DNA of 64,000 bases, taken from NCBI GenBank assembly GCA_020891255.1, contig BQFW01000005.1:992001-1056000 (forward strand), read 5' to 3'. Positions 35,095 through 47,443 of this stretch are shown here, piece by piece. The position numbers were made by a program, and so were the translations under genes. The DNA comes from Entomortierella parvispora E1425. Lineage: Eukaryota; Fungi; Mortierellomycota. Each line of letters opens with the position of its first letter. Position 1 is the stretch's first letter. A model generated the notes under the pieces. That model had not been told where the DNA came from. It saw nothing but the letters and a program-made list of their open reading frames with translations, and ran no database searches.

Positions 35095-36296
35095 TTATTC
35101 CCTCCAAGCAACAAAGACTTCATCCGTCCGGAACCTTTGTGTGCACCAAGTCTTTTCCAACGGCGTTGTGTATCCAGTCTGATAGGCCAGAATGCCGGCC
35201 TGGGCAATCATGATTCCATTGTCGATACAGAAGCGCTCATCCGTGGCAAAGACCTTACCGCCTCGTTGACTGGCCATCTGATCCATCATCTGCTGCAGTC
35301 TCATATTACAACCTACGCCGCCGACAATCAAGACCTCCTTGGATCCAATGTGGGCCATGGCACGCTCCGTCGTCTCGACCAGCATGGCAAAGACGGTTTC
35401 CTGTAATGAGAAGCAGAGATCGGCCTCGGTATATTCACCCGAGGCAAGGAGCGCGGGGGCATTGGTTTCGATATAGGAGAGCACGCCACTGAACGAGACA
35501 TCCATGCCCTTGACCGTGTATGGAAGATCAACAAGTTTCGTGCCTTTCTTGGCAAGTTGCTCAATGTTGTAGCCAGGCGCGGGATCATTGGGAAGGTTGA
35601 GGACGCGGGCGAATCGGTCCAAGCAGTTGCCGACGGCGATGTCGAGAGCCTCGCCAAAGATCCTGTAGCGTTTTTCAGCATAGGCAATCACCTGGGTGTT
35701 GCCTCCCGAGACGTAAAGGACGACGGGGTTCTCGGCGCCTGTGATTTGACGGCCCATCTCGATATCTAGGTACAGGAACAAATTGGATCAGATTACACGG
35801 TATATATTTTTTGTCTTTCCGCAGTCGACGCAATAGGCATTGGATCAATATGGAAAGAGCTATCCTGAACATTCATTCAAAGAGCCATAGCTACAATAGT
35901 AGCATCTTGGTAGTCCGTCGCTTCAAAATGGCACTTACGTCCAACACAGTGGTTTACGCCGACGAGCTCCTTCTTCCACATCAAGGCGAGAGTTCTGGCC
36001 ACGGTGGCCACAGAAGTCAATGGCCCGCCCATGCCAGGACCCTTGGTGAAACAAATGACATCAATCTCCTTGGGGGTGATCTTTGCATCCGCAAGGGCGT
36101 TGCGAATCAGTTCCAGAATATGGGATCGGTGATGGAGTGCTGTGTCCTTGGGGAGGAATCCCTCGCCAGGAGGAGGGTGGTAGGTATGACGGACATTGGC
36201 GAGGATGGTGACGGTGGGTGGCGAGGTGGTCATGTCATGCTGGATCAATCCAATGCCGAGCTTATTGGCGCTGCCTTCGAGTCCGAGAGCGATCAT
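35095..36296 (-). CDS. KAE1: tRNA N6-adenosine threonylcarbamoyltransferase (KEOPS subunit), 2 exons
   Basis: Exons 36296-35939 and 35765-35095. [68 protein letters not shown]. Confidence 0.97.
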
Positions 36297-36506
36297 GGTC
36301 GATAGATTGAGTGGTTGTAGTGGAAATGAAAGAAAGAGAGGGAAAGAGATTCGCAGCGTGAATGGTCATGACATGCATCAACAAAATGTCGAAGTCGTGA
36401 CTGTCTGACAGTGCTTGCTCTTCTTTTCAGACTCCACTCCCTTTCGCTTTTGCATTCATCTCTTTGTTTCCTTTCGTCCCTCTTCAACACATCAATTCAG
36501 CGCACC

Positions 36507-37499
36507 ATGGCCACCCAAGCAGCATCCGACGACGAGTACATCACCCTCGAGAGCTCAGACAAGTTTATCTTTGTCATCCACCGCGATGTCGCAACTCTGT
36601 CTGGCACCATCAAGAACATGCTAAGCAGTGGTAATGAAACCTTCCTCCCCTGTGTTTTTGGTGGCGCAAAGAGCCAACTGGGGGGGGGGGGGGGGATTTC
36701 TTCCTTCTAGAGGACCCAACCAATCATGTAGAAAGGTCCATGGGTACTAAACAGCAACACTTGCATTGTAATTCACCCCAATAGGTCATTTCGAAGAGTC
36801 AAGAAGTAACTTCATTACCCTCAGGGACATCAAGTAAGCTCAATGGAACCAGGAACAGTAGAAATCAAGGGAATTAGGAGTCATGGGAGCCAAGAGTCAT
36901 GGGAGCCAGAGACATTGGAACCATGAGGAAGTCTTCTCATGCGTTTGCTGGACATGCTTCTCCATGGAATCATGAAGGTTGAAAGCAAGGAGTTGCTAGA
37001 ATTCAAGGAGTCATAGACTGACGGTCGAAACAGCGGCGGGAATGTATCATTCCGATCCACTGTCTATTTCTGTATCGTGGATTCCGTTTGCTGGATCGCT
37101 GGATCGGCTCGATCTCGTCTGTCCTCAAAGCTCTGGACTACATGGAAGTTGATCTAAATCTTTGATATACTTGCTCCTCATCTCGATTAGGGCTGTAATT
37201 CTGGAAAAGGTCTGCCGGTACTGGTACTACAAGGTAAGAATGGCGGCGTAACAACGCTGGAGATCAAATGATTCGATTGTTGCATCTCGATGTCTGACAG
37301 TTGAACTTGTTGCTCTAGGCCAAACATTTGAATTCAGTGACCGAGATTCCTCATTTCGAAATCGAGCCTGAGTATGCTCTAGAGACCCTCATGGCTGCTG
37401 ACTTCTTGGATAGTAAGTCTATCGACAAGGATGGTTGCAATGCCCAATGCTCTGATGAACTCACCTCTCATATCCTGTTTTCACTTCACTCCAGCGTGA
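36507..37499 (+). CDS. ELC1: Elongin C, 5 exons
   Basis: Exons 36507-36630, 36785-36833, 37191-37233, 37319-37412, 37495-37499 give ..LESSDKFIF..SGTIKNML..F.E..ILEKVC.Y.YYK..IPHFEIEPEYALETLMAADFLDT*. Confidence 0.93.
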
Positions 37500-37719
37500 A
37501 AAATCAACCCGAGTCCTATAGGCATGGAGTGAGCATCAGCTTGACGTCGTCCAGGAAAGAATCTGGACGATAGTAAATGTAAATAAAGATTCAAGCTTCA
37601 TAGAAGCTATGGAGGCACAATAATTTCACCACCATCCCTTAAGAGTAAGAGTCAGGGTGAGCAAAAAAAAAAACGTCATCTGTGGTCAACGCAGTGGACA
37701 ACGTCAGGGTTGTAATATC

Positions 37720-38640
37720 TTTATGCAGCGCTGTTGTAGACCAAGCGTTAAAGAGCCATTCAAGTTGCCGCTGATGATGTTGTTGGTGACAGACTGGATC
37801 AACTTGTTGTACACAGACTGGACCGAGGTCTTTCTGGAGTCAGAGCTCAGCTGCAAGGCAGCGATACCCACGACGCGGAGATTGGTCATGGAGGAGCCCA
37901 AGATGGTGTTTGTGGCAGTGGAGGAGCCCTTCCAGGCAGAAACAATGTTCACGCCAGGAGCAAAGGCATCAACGCATTGACCCCAGAAAGAGAAGTAGGC
38001 AATCGGATCGTTGATGTCTGCCCCAACTGTGAACATTCCCAGAGCGCCTGAAGGGGATACATTGCAGGCATCAGCATTGGCGTCATTACCGGCTGCGACG
38101 ATCAAGGGGTTCCGGTACAGTACAGACGCGTGGCAGCAGAGCCGACAGCTTGCGACTTGCCACCTCCCAAGGACATGTTGACGGCCGCCTTGGTACTGCG
38201 AGCGCGCCGTGAGACCCAGTCCATGCCGGCAATGATGCTCGAAAACGCACCCTGACCCTGGGCGACCCTCATTTCCTTCGTGATCGACAGGAGAGGGAGG
38301 GATGAAGTTTCCCAAATAGCAGAAGGACGTGTGTTCATGTTGGTCGCCCGTGATGGTTGCACGAATTTACATCCCTGGGGAAGAGAACGCGCTTTTTTCC
38401 CTCTTGTTTTACTGAACGAGTACGCGCACCGAATGATCACGAGCTGGAAGGGGAGATCGAGGCAAAGAAGATCCTGGATTGGGAGCCAGTGTGGTTGATG
38501 GGGACGTGGACATGTTTGTGGCGACCCTCACAGCCTTGGACCATGATGCCATGCCAAGAACTGGTCAAGGGGTATGGCGAAACGAGCAATCGTCGATGGA
38601 AACAGGATTCAGAATGAAGGCGACTACGAAAGGTCATACC
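37720..38640 (-). pseudogene. Decayed subtilisin paralogue of 39-1199
   Basis: IIAGMDWV..VNMSLGGGKSQA, LIVAAGN..DACNVSPSGA, WGQCVDAFAPGVNIVSAW; GTSMATPHV eroded to GSSMTNLRV; frameshifts, and the Asp/His region is unrecognisable. Outer boundaries are approximate. Confidence 0.88.
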
Positions 38641-41222
38641 GATTCAACCAAGGAACACACAGTCCAAGCGCGACTTTTATTGTGTCAAGCAGGCAAGAAG
38701 GAATGGAGTACCGGGTTTTTAGGCGTGTGGGTCCATCGTGGTCATATTGTGGAGTATGGATCAGCTGGACAAACAGCAGCGGTTCAAGTTTCGATTTGTC
38801 TTCAAAATAAAACAACTTTATTGAGAAAAGATTTGCATGGAGACGAGGAGAAATGAGAGCCCCTGCATGGACCAATCCTGTCGACTTGCAAATCTAACTT
38901 CCCAGCCTGCTGTTCTGTAGTCGCGTCTCCGTACGGACTTGTCGCACCTCTATCAAAGAGCTAGAGAGGCTGAAAGAAAAAAATGTAACGGTCAGTGTAT
39001 GATGTTGACAAAATCCGCACTAGCTCCTTAGATCCGCTATTAACCCTCTCCGATACACCTTACTGATCGCCATGAGCAGTCGGCCCCTCCCACACAAAAG
39101 GTGGGAACAGCTGCGGGCCTTCAGCCGCTTTATATCTTGCCCACGAGATAACCAGGGGAGACCGAGAGAGGTGGCTACTACAGCCGCGCTCAGAACTGCC
39201 TCGAGTCCTGATAAGGAGTTGGACAAGGAGGGATGTGGGACATATGGATATGAACCCACGAGCAAGATGGTAGTCCGCAGATACTGACACCGAAGTGGAA
39301 GGGGAGGACCTTTCCGAGAATGCACAAAAGGGAGAAAAACTTCAAAGGGAGTGCCTGCCGACGATTCGCAAGAGTCTGGGCGGTCCGGAAAACTTGGAAA
39401 AGGGGACCTCTGGCGGGAAGGGTCAACACGGCCAGGGGCAAGTCCACACAATGCCGGGGTAGAGGGGGGAGAGAAAGCACTTCAAGGAAAGCAATAATAA
39501 CAAACAAAAACAATAATAAAAAAAAAGAGAGAGGAAGGTACTGAAAACGCACCGCAGTCCATGCCATGGACAGACTAGGGGTGGTAAAGGTGGAAGGGGC
39601 CAAACAGCACTCGGACATCAACCAAAACTCATCCGCTACCAGTTGGAGAGCCCCGCTCACGTCGCCTCCAAGCCGTGCCTCTCGATTCAATCACACAAAC
39701 ACACACTGCCGTACCTTGGCTGACTCTAGACATGAGAGCGGTCGAGACTTCAAAGGACCCTGGCCTCATAGCGAGGCATCGGTTGTTCTGTTGGAACCTG
39801 TTGACAACCGAGAAAGCAGAGAGGCTGGGTCAATAACGCGTCAAAAAAGCAAAAGTAAACAAACCAGAAACGAGCCTTTTTCAGACTTGCCTTGATGTTT
39901 TGAGTGCGGAAAGTGTAATGGACGCAGCCAAGAGCGTTGTCAGACGAGCCTACACGTTTGTGTTTGAGGTACTTGCGGTTGGAAGTTGCCACTGAAGGAC
40001 TGAACTGTGGAAGGGTATATGACTGGACTATGACTGGACTGTGAAGGAGTGTATGAGAATCAAGGAAGGTGCATCCAAAAAGCACAGAAAACGGGAGCGG
40101 TGTTGGGTGGATGTGGAGGGTGGAAGCAGAAGAGAGAGAGGAGGGCAGGAAGAGAAGACTTACCTTGCTGTGCCGGCCAGACTGCAGTGGAGAGGAGGAG
40201 GGGTGCTTGAAGGGAGAAGGAGAGGGGTGAAGAAAAGAAGAAAGAAGAAAAGCGAAAAAGCAAAAAAAGGCGAGCTTAAATAGGAAAAAAAAATGGCTTG
40301 CACCCTGCCATCACCCATGAAGTCCTGGCCACTGATTCATGGATGGCATGGGGCTATGAAGCAGAAGGATGAAGCAATGAATGGGTCAGTATTTAGTACA
40401 TGAAAGCGACAAGGATGAACTCTTCTGTCCTTGCTTCACCAGGGACAACGTTGACCATGTACCCGCAAGTTCCCTTGCATCTGTGGACCCCAGTCTTGCT
40501 GGGCTCGCCTTCTTTTCATCCAAAACCATCAACCCAACGGCCAGGACTGCCTCCTCCTCCTGATCTCTTTTCTCGGCAAGCAGACATAGTCAAATAGTGC
40601 ACCCTGGATGATCGACAGATGAAATAAAAACTGGAAAGGCAAAGAGGGAAAGAGCTTGCAAGCAGACCAACTCTCTGTGAAATGAACGAGTGGATGTGGG
40701 GCGACATGTGCCAAGGATCTTTACAACGTATATTCTTCTCACATAAACCCGCAGTGTTGTAATTACACATATGAGCCAGATCAACACTCTTGCTACCTTC
40801 AGAAGGATGGCGCTGGTTTGACCAAGGTATTTCCACTAAAGCAGAGGGTATGAGGGTCACTACCACGCAACACTTACCCTGTCCATGGACAACAGGCATC
40901 ATCGGAATAATAGCTTGGTCTGTGAGTCCCACAGCATGGATCCCAAGTCTGCTCGACCAAGAGATGCACACATGTTTTTGCACACATAGCAAGTCTTTTG
41001 ATCAGTTTGGTCCGCAGCTGTCTTTCCCCTCCCACACCCCGCATCCAGTCTCAAGAAACCAGAATAAAATAGTCAGAAAAGCTGCTCGATTATTCCATAT
41101 AATTTATAATTTATTCTAGTTTCCAGCCCGCAGTTAAAAGTTGTGAAACCAATGAATGCACGGACGAATGCATCTCCATTCTTCCTTCTCCCTTGTTTCC
41201 TCATTCCATTCCCTGTCATCTC

Positions 41223-43066
41223 ATGTCCTCCCCAACTGATTCAACTGACGGAGCGCAGCCAACGGTCCTGATTGTCGGCGCCGGTATCGCTGGCTTGACC
41301 CTTGGTCTACTTTTGGAACGCGCCGGGATCCCGTACAAAATCCTGGAGCGCGCCCCTATCGTCAAGCACCTGGGCAAGTAGTTTTGCGACTGGCTTTCAA
41401 CTTTTCCTGCCATTGTCTCTGGTTTCTTTGCTAACTTGACGATCTCACCTGTAAAAACAGGCTCGGCAATGTCTTTTGGCGATAGCGTCGCCCCTCTCTT
41501 CCGTCAACTTGGCATCTATGAGGACTTCGCCAGAGCCTCTCTCAGAAACAATCAGGTCATCATGCGGGACGAGAAAGCCGATCTGGACTTTATTGTTGAC
41601 TTTTCACCAAAGACAGAATTGTAAGAACAGCAGGACAGAAATGGACCGTGCTCTCCTCAAGTTCATGATAAGAAGCTAAACGCGCCCTCGATCTTATTTT
41701 CCCTCAACCCCGAACAGTGGTGGAGCTCCTACACGGATTATCACCCGACCCGCAATGTACGATATCCTATATCGCCGGATTCCTCGAGAAAAAATCTTTT
41801 TAAACAAACGGGTTTCGATCTTCAAGAATACAGAGGCTGGCGTCCATCTCACATGCTCGGACGACTCGGAGTACGAAGGCCATATTGTTGTTGGCGCGGA
41901 TGGTGCAAACTCGTCTGTCCGTCAGTCCATCTTCACGCAGCTCAAGGAGGCGGGTCGTTTGTCAGCATCAGATGCTATCCCATTGCCGTACAACTGTATC
42001 TGTCTTGTGGGCCAAACCAGAGAGGTTGACGACGAAGAGTTCCCAGAGCTCAAAAATGAGCTGTGCCAGACAAACAACATGGTTGCTATCGGCAGCCCAT
42101 ACACGGTACTGGACAAAAGAACAATGCGCTAATCGTTTGATCAATGTTACGCCTATCTAATCTTGCTCTCCCTCTTGTTATCCCTCTTGTCATCGTAGTG
42201 GATCACCTTCACGACTCCAGAAAAGAGGATCTGTTACATGGCTATTCAACATCTTGACCAAGAAACCTCAAAGGAGCAGGACACACTCTCTGAATGGGGT
42301 CCCGAAGCCGCTGCTGCCATGTGCAACCAGGTCCGCCATCTCCCTGTACCTAATGGTCCAGTTGGATCCACTTTGGGGACTTTGATTGATCTTACTCCAA
42401 AGGAACTCATCTCCAAGGTCACCCTTGAGGAGAAAGTCTTCGATACTTGGTACTCTGGAAGAGCAGTTTTGATAGGCGACGGTAAGCTGATACGAGAGAC
42501 AATGACTTTTTATGTTACCCTGCTATATCTGACGCGACATTGGTTCGATAGCTTGCCACAAACTCAGTCCCCTGGGCGCTGTTGGAGGCTCGACAGCCAT
42601 GCACGACGCGATCTGTTTGGCCAACTGGATCAATGTCCTCCCCTCTTTGGACATTGCAGCACTGGAAACTATCTTTGAAGAGTATCAGCGCGAGAGACAG
42701 CCTGTCGCAGTGGAAAACTTTAAAAAGAGTCAGGTTTACGCGACGGGGAGTGCGAAGGTGAGTTGATAGCTTCACCTGTCATTATTTTGTAAGATCAATC
42801 ATGAAGGTGTTTCCATGTTGGGCAACTAACATGATATTTTTTAGACCATATTGGGAGCGGTGATGCGTTTCATCCAGCGAAGGATGCCTCATTGGCTGTG
42901 GATGAGGATTTTGAAGAGTGAGCCGACCGATCGACCTCAGGTTTCATTCTTGCCCTTGGTCGAGGATAAAGGCACCATCCCACCTGCACCTCAGCCAAGT
43001 TTGACAAAGACCCTAGAGATTCTTGCAGCCACAGGACGTTCCATTTCCAAGATTGGCTGCAACTAG
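41223..43066 (+). CDS. FAD-dependent monooxygenase (FAD_binding_3, class A), multi-exon
   Basis: VLIVGAGIAG, VVGADGANSSVR, GRAVLIGD|ACHK, AMHDAICLANW; GT-AG introns; C-terminal RPQVSFLP. Confidence 0.92.
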
Positions 43067-43174
43067 GAAAAGGCAAGAAATAAACATCCCTCCATGTTTG
43101 ATTATTTCAATTTTATTTTATTTTTGCAGAGGAAAGGATTCGCGGTCTGAGCGTCAACAGTCAACAGTCAACAA

Positions 43175-44887
43175 CTAGCTTGACCCGTAGTGGATCTGAT
43201 GTTGACCAAAGAACACCCGAACAACGTCATGGTCACTCGTTCCCATGGTCATCAGTTGTCGAACTACCACCGATTCAAGTCTGGGCCAATTTTCGACCAT
43301 CCATTTTGCCTCTGACATGGTCATTTTCTGGCCAGTGTATTCCATCCGGACTTGAACGAGGTGCCTCAATGTTTTCAGTTGCTCTAATCCTCCAGCGCTG
43401 TGTAGTTTCTGGAGCTCAAATCGTTGGGCCTGTTCTTCTGATGAAGACAAATAGAATTCTCCCTCAGTCTTGTCCTGTCCAGATCGAGTACTCGTGATGT
43501 GAAAAGACTCTAGCCGGGTCAAGGCGGAGAGACGCTCCATGAATGGGGAAATGCGAGGATGGGGAATCTTGCTGTCATCTTTGCTGATCTCGCTCTGGTC
43601 CTCCTCGATGTTTCGTACGGCCAAAGCAATGCCCACGTGAAAGACCCTCAGATCTTGGCAGACCCAAGGCCGCGTATCATTCTCTAGGTCTCGATCCGTG
43701 AGTACCTTGGCATGGATCTCCTTCAGATGTGGGAGTTCGCATAGGAACCGCTGGACCATGGCACCGGTCAAGTTGTTGCATCCACCGAGCAATAGCTTTT
43801 CCAGTCGTGCAGCGTGCTTCTTCTGAACCTTGCCATCCTGCCCGAGGTTCTCTGTCTCCAACAATCCTGTTGTGCTCAGGGGTCCAAACTCTGTGCCGGA
43901 CAGGTTCAGCTTCCTCAAAGGTCCAATCGCTCTCAGAACCGCAGCGAGGTCCTTATCCTGAAGTCCTGGGATGCGCAACTCTAAAGAATCCAAGAACGGC
44001 CACATCCCTTCTTCTAGATGCTTGGCCATTGGGGGGATAACGTTTGCATGGATGGTCGACAGCCATTTGAGAGATCTCAGCTCCGCATGGCACTCCTTGA
44101 TCAAATGGTACTCTTCTGAAAGGCTGTTACAATACTCCAGGGACAGTTGACGGATCCTGACGGCTCTCTGTCGAATACATGGATCTGTTGAGCAAAGTGT
44201 CCATCGAGGACCTTGGGATGATGAGGGTGTTGAGCTGTCATCTTGTTCGCCCTCTGTCAACTGGATCTTTTCCCTGCCTACGTTCCCAAGAGAGAGTGTC
44301 TCCAGTTCAGAGACAATCTTAAGAACTTGCTGGTCCACCAGATCGAACCAGAACGGGGAGCTCTCCACCTTCAGTGATCGAAGTCCGTGGCAGCCATGCA
44401 GGAGCTCCCAAGACTTTGCAATGTACAGCGCTTCTTGGGTCATGAGGTCGTGACGACTCCGAGTCTGAGGGCCTGTCACTTCGGACATGGGTCCCAAAGG
44501 TTTCAGCAAGGACAAAGCCCTGAGTTGTCCTTGATGTCTCTGTAGGAACTCAAATGCAGCGGCGCGGAGAGCTCTGTCGGTCCTGTAAGCAGCAAAGGAG
44601 AGACTCAGGGTCTGGAGATATGGAAAAGAGAGGTTGAAAAAGGTAGAGTCGGAAGCGACGCTGAGATCCTTGAAGCAGATGTCTCGGACGCAAGGGGCAT
44701 GTGTATCGAGTGAAGACAAAGTGAAAAGAGATCTTGTGCTGGGAACAGTGACACGGAAGGTGCTCCAGAGATGAGGGACGAATGCATCATGCCATTGTTG
44801 GCTGACTCGTATGCAGTTGATGAGGGATTTCTGTGAGAGGTATGGTGCAAGGTAAGCAACGAGTTCTGGAAGATCTAGGGCATGCAT
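43175..44887 (-). CDS. F-box-like plus RNI-type leucine-rich repeat protein, intronless
   Basis: MHALDLPELVAYLAPYL..CIRVSQQWHDAFVPHLW (F-box-like); LRR units such as LRKLNLSGTEFG and LEKLLLGGCNNLTG; C-terminal PWVCQDLRVF. Confidence 0.85.
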   Translation of the reverse strand: MHALDLPELVAYLAPYLSQKSLINCIRVSQQWHDAFVPHLWSTFRVTVPSTRSLFTLSSLDTHAPCVRDICFKDLSVASDSTFFNLSFPYLQTLSLSFAAYRTDRALRAAAFEFLQRHQGQLRALSLLKPLGPMSEVTGPQTRSRHDLMTQEALYIAKSWELLHGCHGLRSLKVESSPFWFDLVDQQVLKIVSELETLSLGNVGREKIQLTEGEQDDSSTPSSSQGPRWTLCSTDPCIRQRAVRIRQLSLEYCNSLSEEYHLIKECHAELRSLKWLSTIHANVIPPMAKHLEEGMWPFLDSLELRIPGLQDKDLAAVLRAIGPLRKLNLSGTEFGPLSTTGLLETENLGQDGKVQKKHAARLEKLLLGGCNNLTGAMVQRFLCELPHLKEIHAKVLTDRDLENDTRPWVCQDLRVFHVGIALAVRNIEEDQSEISKDDSKIPHPRISPFMERLSALTRLESFHITSTRSGQDKTEGEFYLSSSEEQAQRFELQKLHSAGGLEQLKTLRHLVQVRMEYTGQKMTMSEAKWMVENWPRLESVVVRQLMTMGTSDHDVVRVFFGQHQIHYGSS

Positions 44888-44989
44888 TATGTTTCGAGCG
44901 AAAGTGGGAGGGAGGATGATTGGCAGCGGCAAGGCAGAGGGGTACCCACCCTTTTATACTTTGGCCCTCATCTGTGCCTGGATCGTTGT

Positions 44990-46370
44990 CCTCCCATGAA
45001 TGCACGTGTGACGCGTTAATTGCTCCTTTTTGATATGACCGATCGGGACTCTTTTATTAGGCACCTTGGGCTTGAACAGACACACTCCGACCACGGACCT
45101 CGAGAATCTCAAGGGTCTTTGTCCAGCTTGGTTGATGGGAGGGAGGTTGTTGTCCGTTATCTTCAACCAATGGAAGGAACGAAGCTTGGGGTCGATGCGC
45201 AGAGCTCTCCCTGAGAACCTTGAGCCACAGGAAATTCGGCATTCTGCGGCGAATGAATCGCGCCACACGGCCCACCAAGGTCTATCTCCGCCCAAAAAAA
45301 TTGGTTATCTTTCCTGTGTGACATCATTTTCCAGGGGCAGCACAGGTGAAAATGCTTTTTTTTACCCTTTGGTTTATCGTGGCGAAGAGTTGGCTCTTTT
45401 TGAATGCTCCGACCGCAATCGGGTACTGCTCTTCTTGATATCCGCGCAAGATATCTTTCGTATCTTTGATGGGCGTGGACTCCAGAACGTTGATCCAGTT
45501 GGCCAAGCAAAGAGCATCGTGCATTGCCGACGTTGCGCCTACTCAGCCTGAGGGACTCAGCTTGTGGCAGGCTGAGTCATGAGAAGAGCATTGGGAAGGA
45601 GACAATGAGAGATTAGCACGGCCAATCCAGCTAACATGCTCTTATTGTACCAACGCTCATCACATCTTGAATCCTACCGTCGCCTAATAGCCCGAGTGCC
45701 ACGTCTGGAAAACCTTCTCTTCGAGCATGAGCTTAGAGATCAAATCCGTGTCCAACTTGTCAATTAACGTGCCCAGGGTGCAAACAAATAGATCTCTTGC
45801 AACGGTCAAATCAGACTGACCGTGTGCATCGCCTTCACTCACAGCAAAGCCACAAATGAATGGTCAACTACAACCATTGCCACCACCACAAACAACACTT
45901 CACAACCTTTGGTATAAATAACCCACACTTCATATCAATAAACATCATTCAATCTTCGTGCTCTTCCTTTGGCCTTTACCGTTACACAGGGTCAGTATCT
46001 CTGTTGGACCATTGGGAATAATAAAGTCGCGGACTTCACTGCACATAGCCTCAGCTGCCTCTGGTCCCCATTCTGCATTGTTGTATCCTTCGCTCTGTTT
46101 GCTTGGAAATCCGTCCAGGTACTTTGTCACTATTTAGCAGAGAGTGTTGTGAGTAGTGCTGAAAGTCGCCCACTACATGAGTGGAATGAAGGCAATCATG
46201 TTAACTCTAAGAGAAAGACACAATTGCAAAACGCGCAAAAGATATACACTGCATCGAAACTCACTGAATACGGGCTTCCAGTGGCATATATACTATTGAA
46301 TGAACAAAATTCATTCTTGAGATCGGTGAACTTCATCCACATCAAGGGATCAGTCTCGTCTCACCGCATC
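44990..46370 (-). pseudogene. FAD-monooxygenase pseudogene (3' two-thirds)
   Basis: EWGPEAAEAMCSEVRDF, MHDALCLANW, RPQASFLPLVEDNG..QPSWTKTL match the 41223 gene; stops and frameshifts; 5' end absent. Confidence 0.85.
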
Positions 46371-47443
46371 TGCCTTCAATTTTTTTCGCAGTTCCCTTGA
46401 AATTTTCTTGGTGCAACCGTACGCAAGTCATCGTTGACAATCGTGGCTTCGTTCAAATCTTCGAAATCAGACTTCATGGTCGGTTGACTTTTCTCAGCCA
46501 GAAAGACAACTTGAAGTCGACTGCTGTCTTTTTTTGACGTGTTTTGTTACACACGAAAGGCTCAAAGATAGTCCTTAAAAAAGAAAAATCAACCCCCGAC
46601 CCAGAGCGAAGCTGATGCATCCCGCGCTCTCAAAGTGGTGGCAAAAAAGAACATGGCGTTGTGCTAGAGCCCACAAGCTTCCTTCTGGAGGCGCGGCCTG
46701 CAACACGAACACAAGCTCGCACCTCGCCCTCCAAGACCACCTCCCCTGCGCCCCCTTCCCTTTACGGCCTGGCAGCGCGTACATGTACTGTACTGTATCA
46801 GTCGAGTTCGTTTTTTCCGCTCACTTTTACTAATGAAAACTGACGGACATTTTTTCAATTGAGATTTGCATTTCAAAACTGATGTGCACTGTCCCATGGA
46901 TTCACTTTGACAGGGCGAGCTGCAGAGCGCTCTCTAAAAGAAACTGGCACAAACAATGGCACAGACAGCAATCCTTATATCTTTGGGATTTTAGAATACT
47001 CAATTTTAGTAAAGTTATGGAAAAAACGAGCTCGACTTTACGTTTCATCGATGGCTCTCACTGGCGTTGAAAAAATCCTGAAGTTCTGGCCAATGGCAAG
47101 CCTTATTTCTTTCGCAGTGGTTTTCGCCGTCATGTCCGCTGCAGAAGTAAAACAAGATTCGCCAGTCCTTGAATGTCCGCGGCAATTGCAGGCACATGCA
47201 GCTCGACGAGAATGGATTTTTCCATCCAGCAGGACAATAGATATCCATCCGGGATAGATGTCCATCCGGGATTAGCGGATTAGCTCTTCATGGCGCACCC
47301 CTCGGCCCATAAATAAGGACGTCCGTTGTGCAACAGTTTCTTCCATTCTGCTCTTTTTCGTCTCTTCGCTCTCTTCTTCTCTTCTATCCTCTCTTCTCCC
47401 CTCCCTTTAACCGCCTTGGCACTCGTTTCTCTGCTTCTCAGTC

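Noticed and set aside
39036-39050. TAACCCT as a telomerase RNA template
   Set aside because: Only 7 nt, lacking the 1.5-repeat extension; expected by chance.
46907-47257. Small ORFs upstream of the chitin deacetylase (signal-like MASLISFAVVFAVMSAA on plus; CPAGW lectin-like on minus)
   Set aside because: Short, mutually overlapping, with no further family motifs or codon-bias support.
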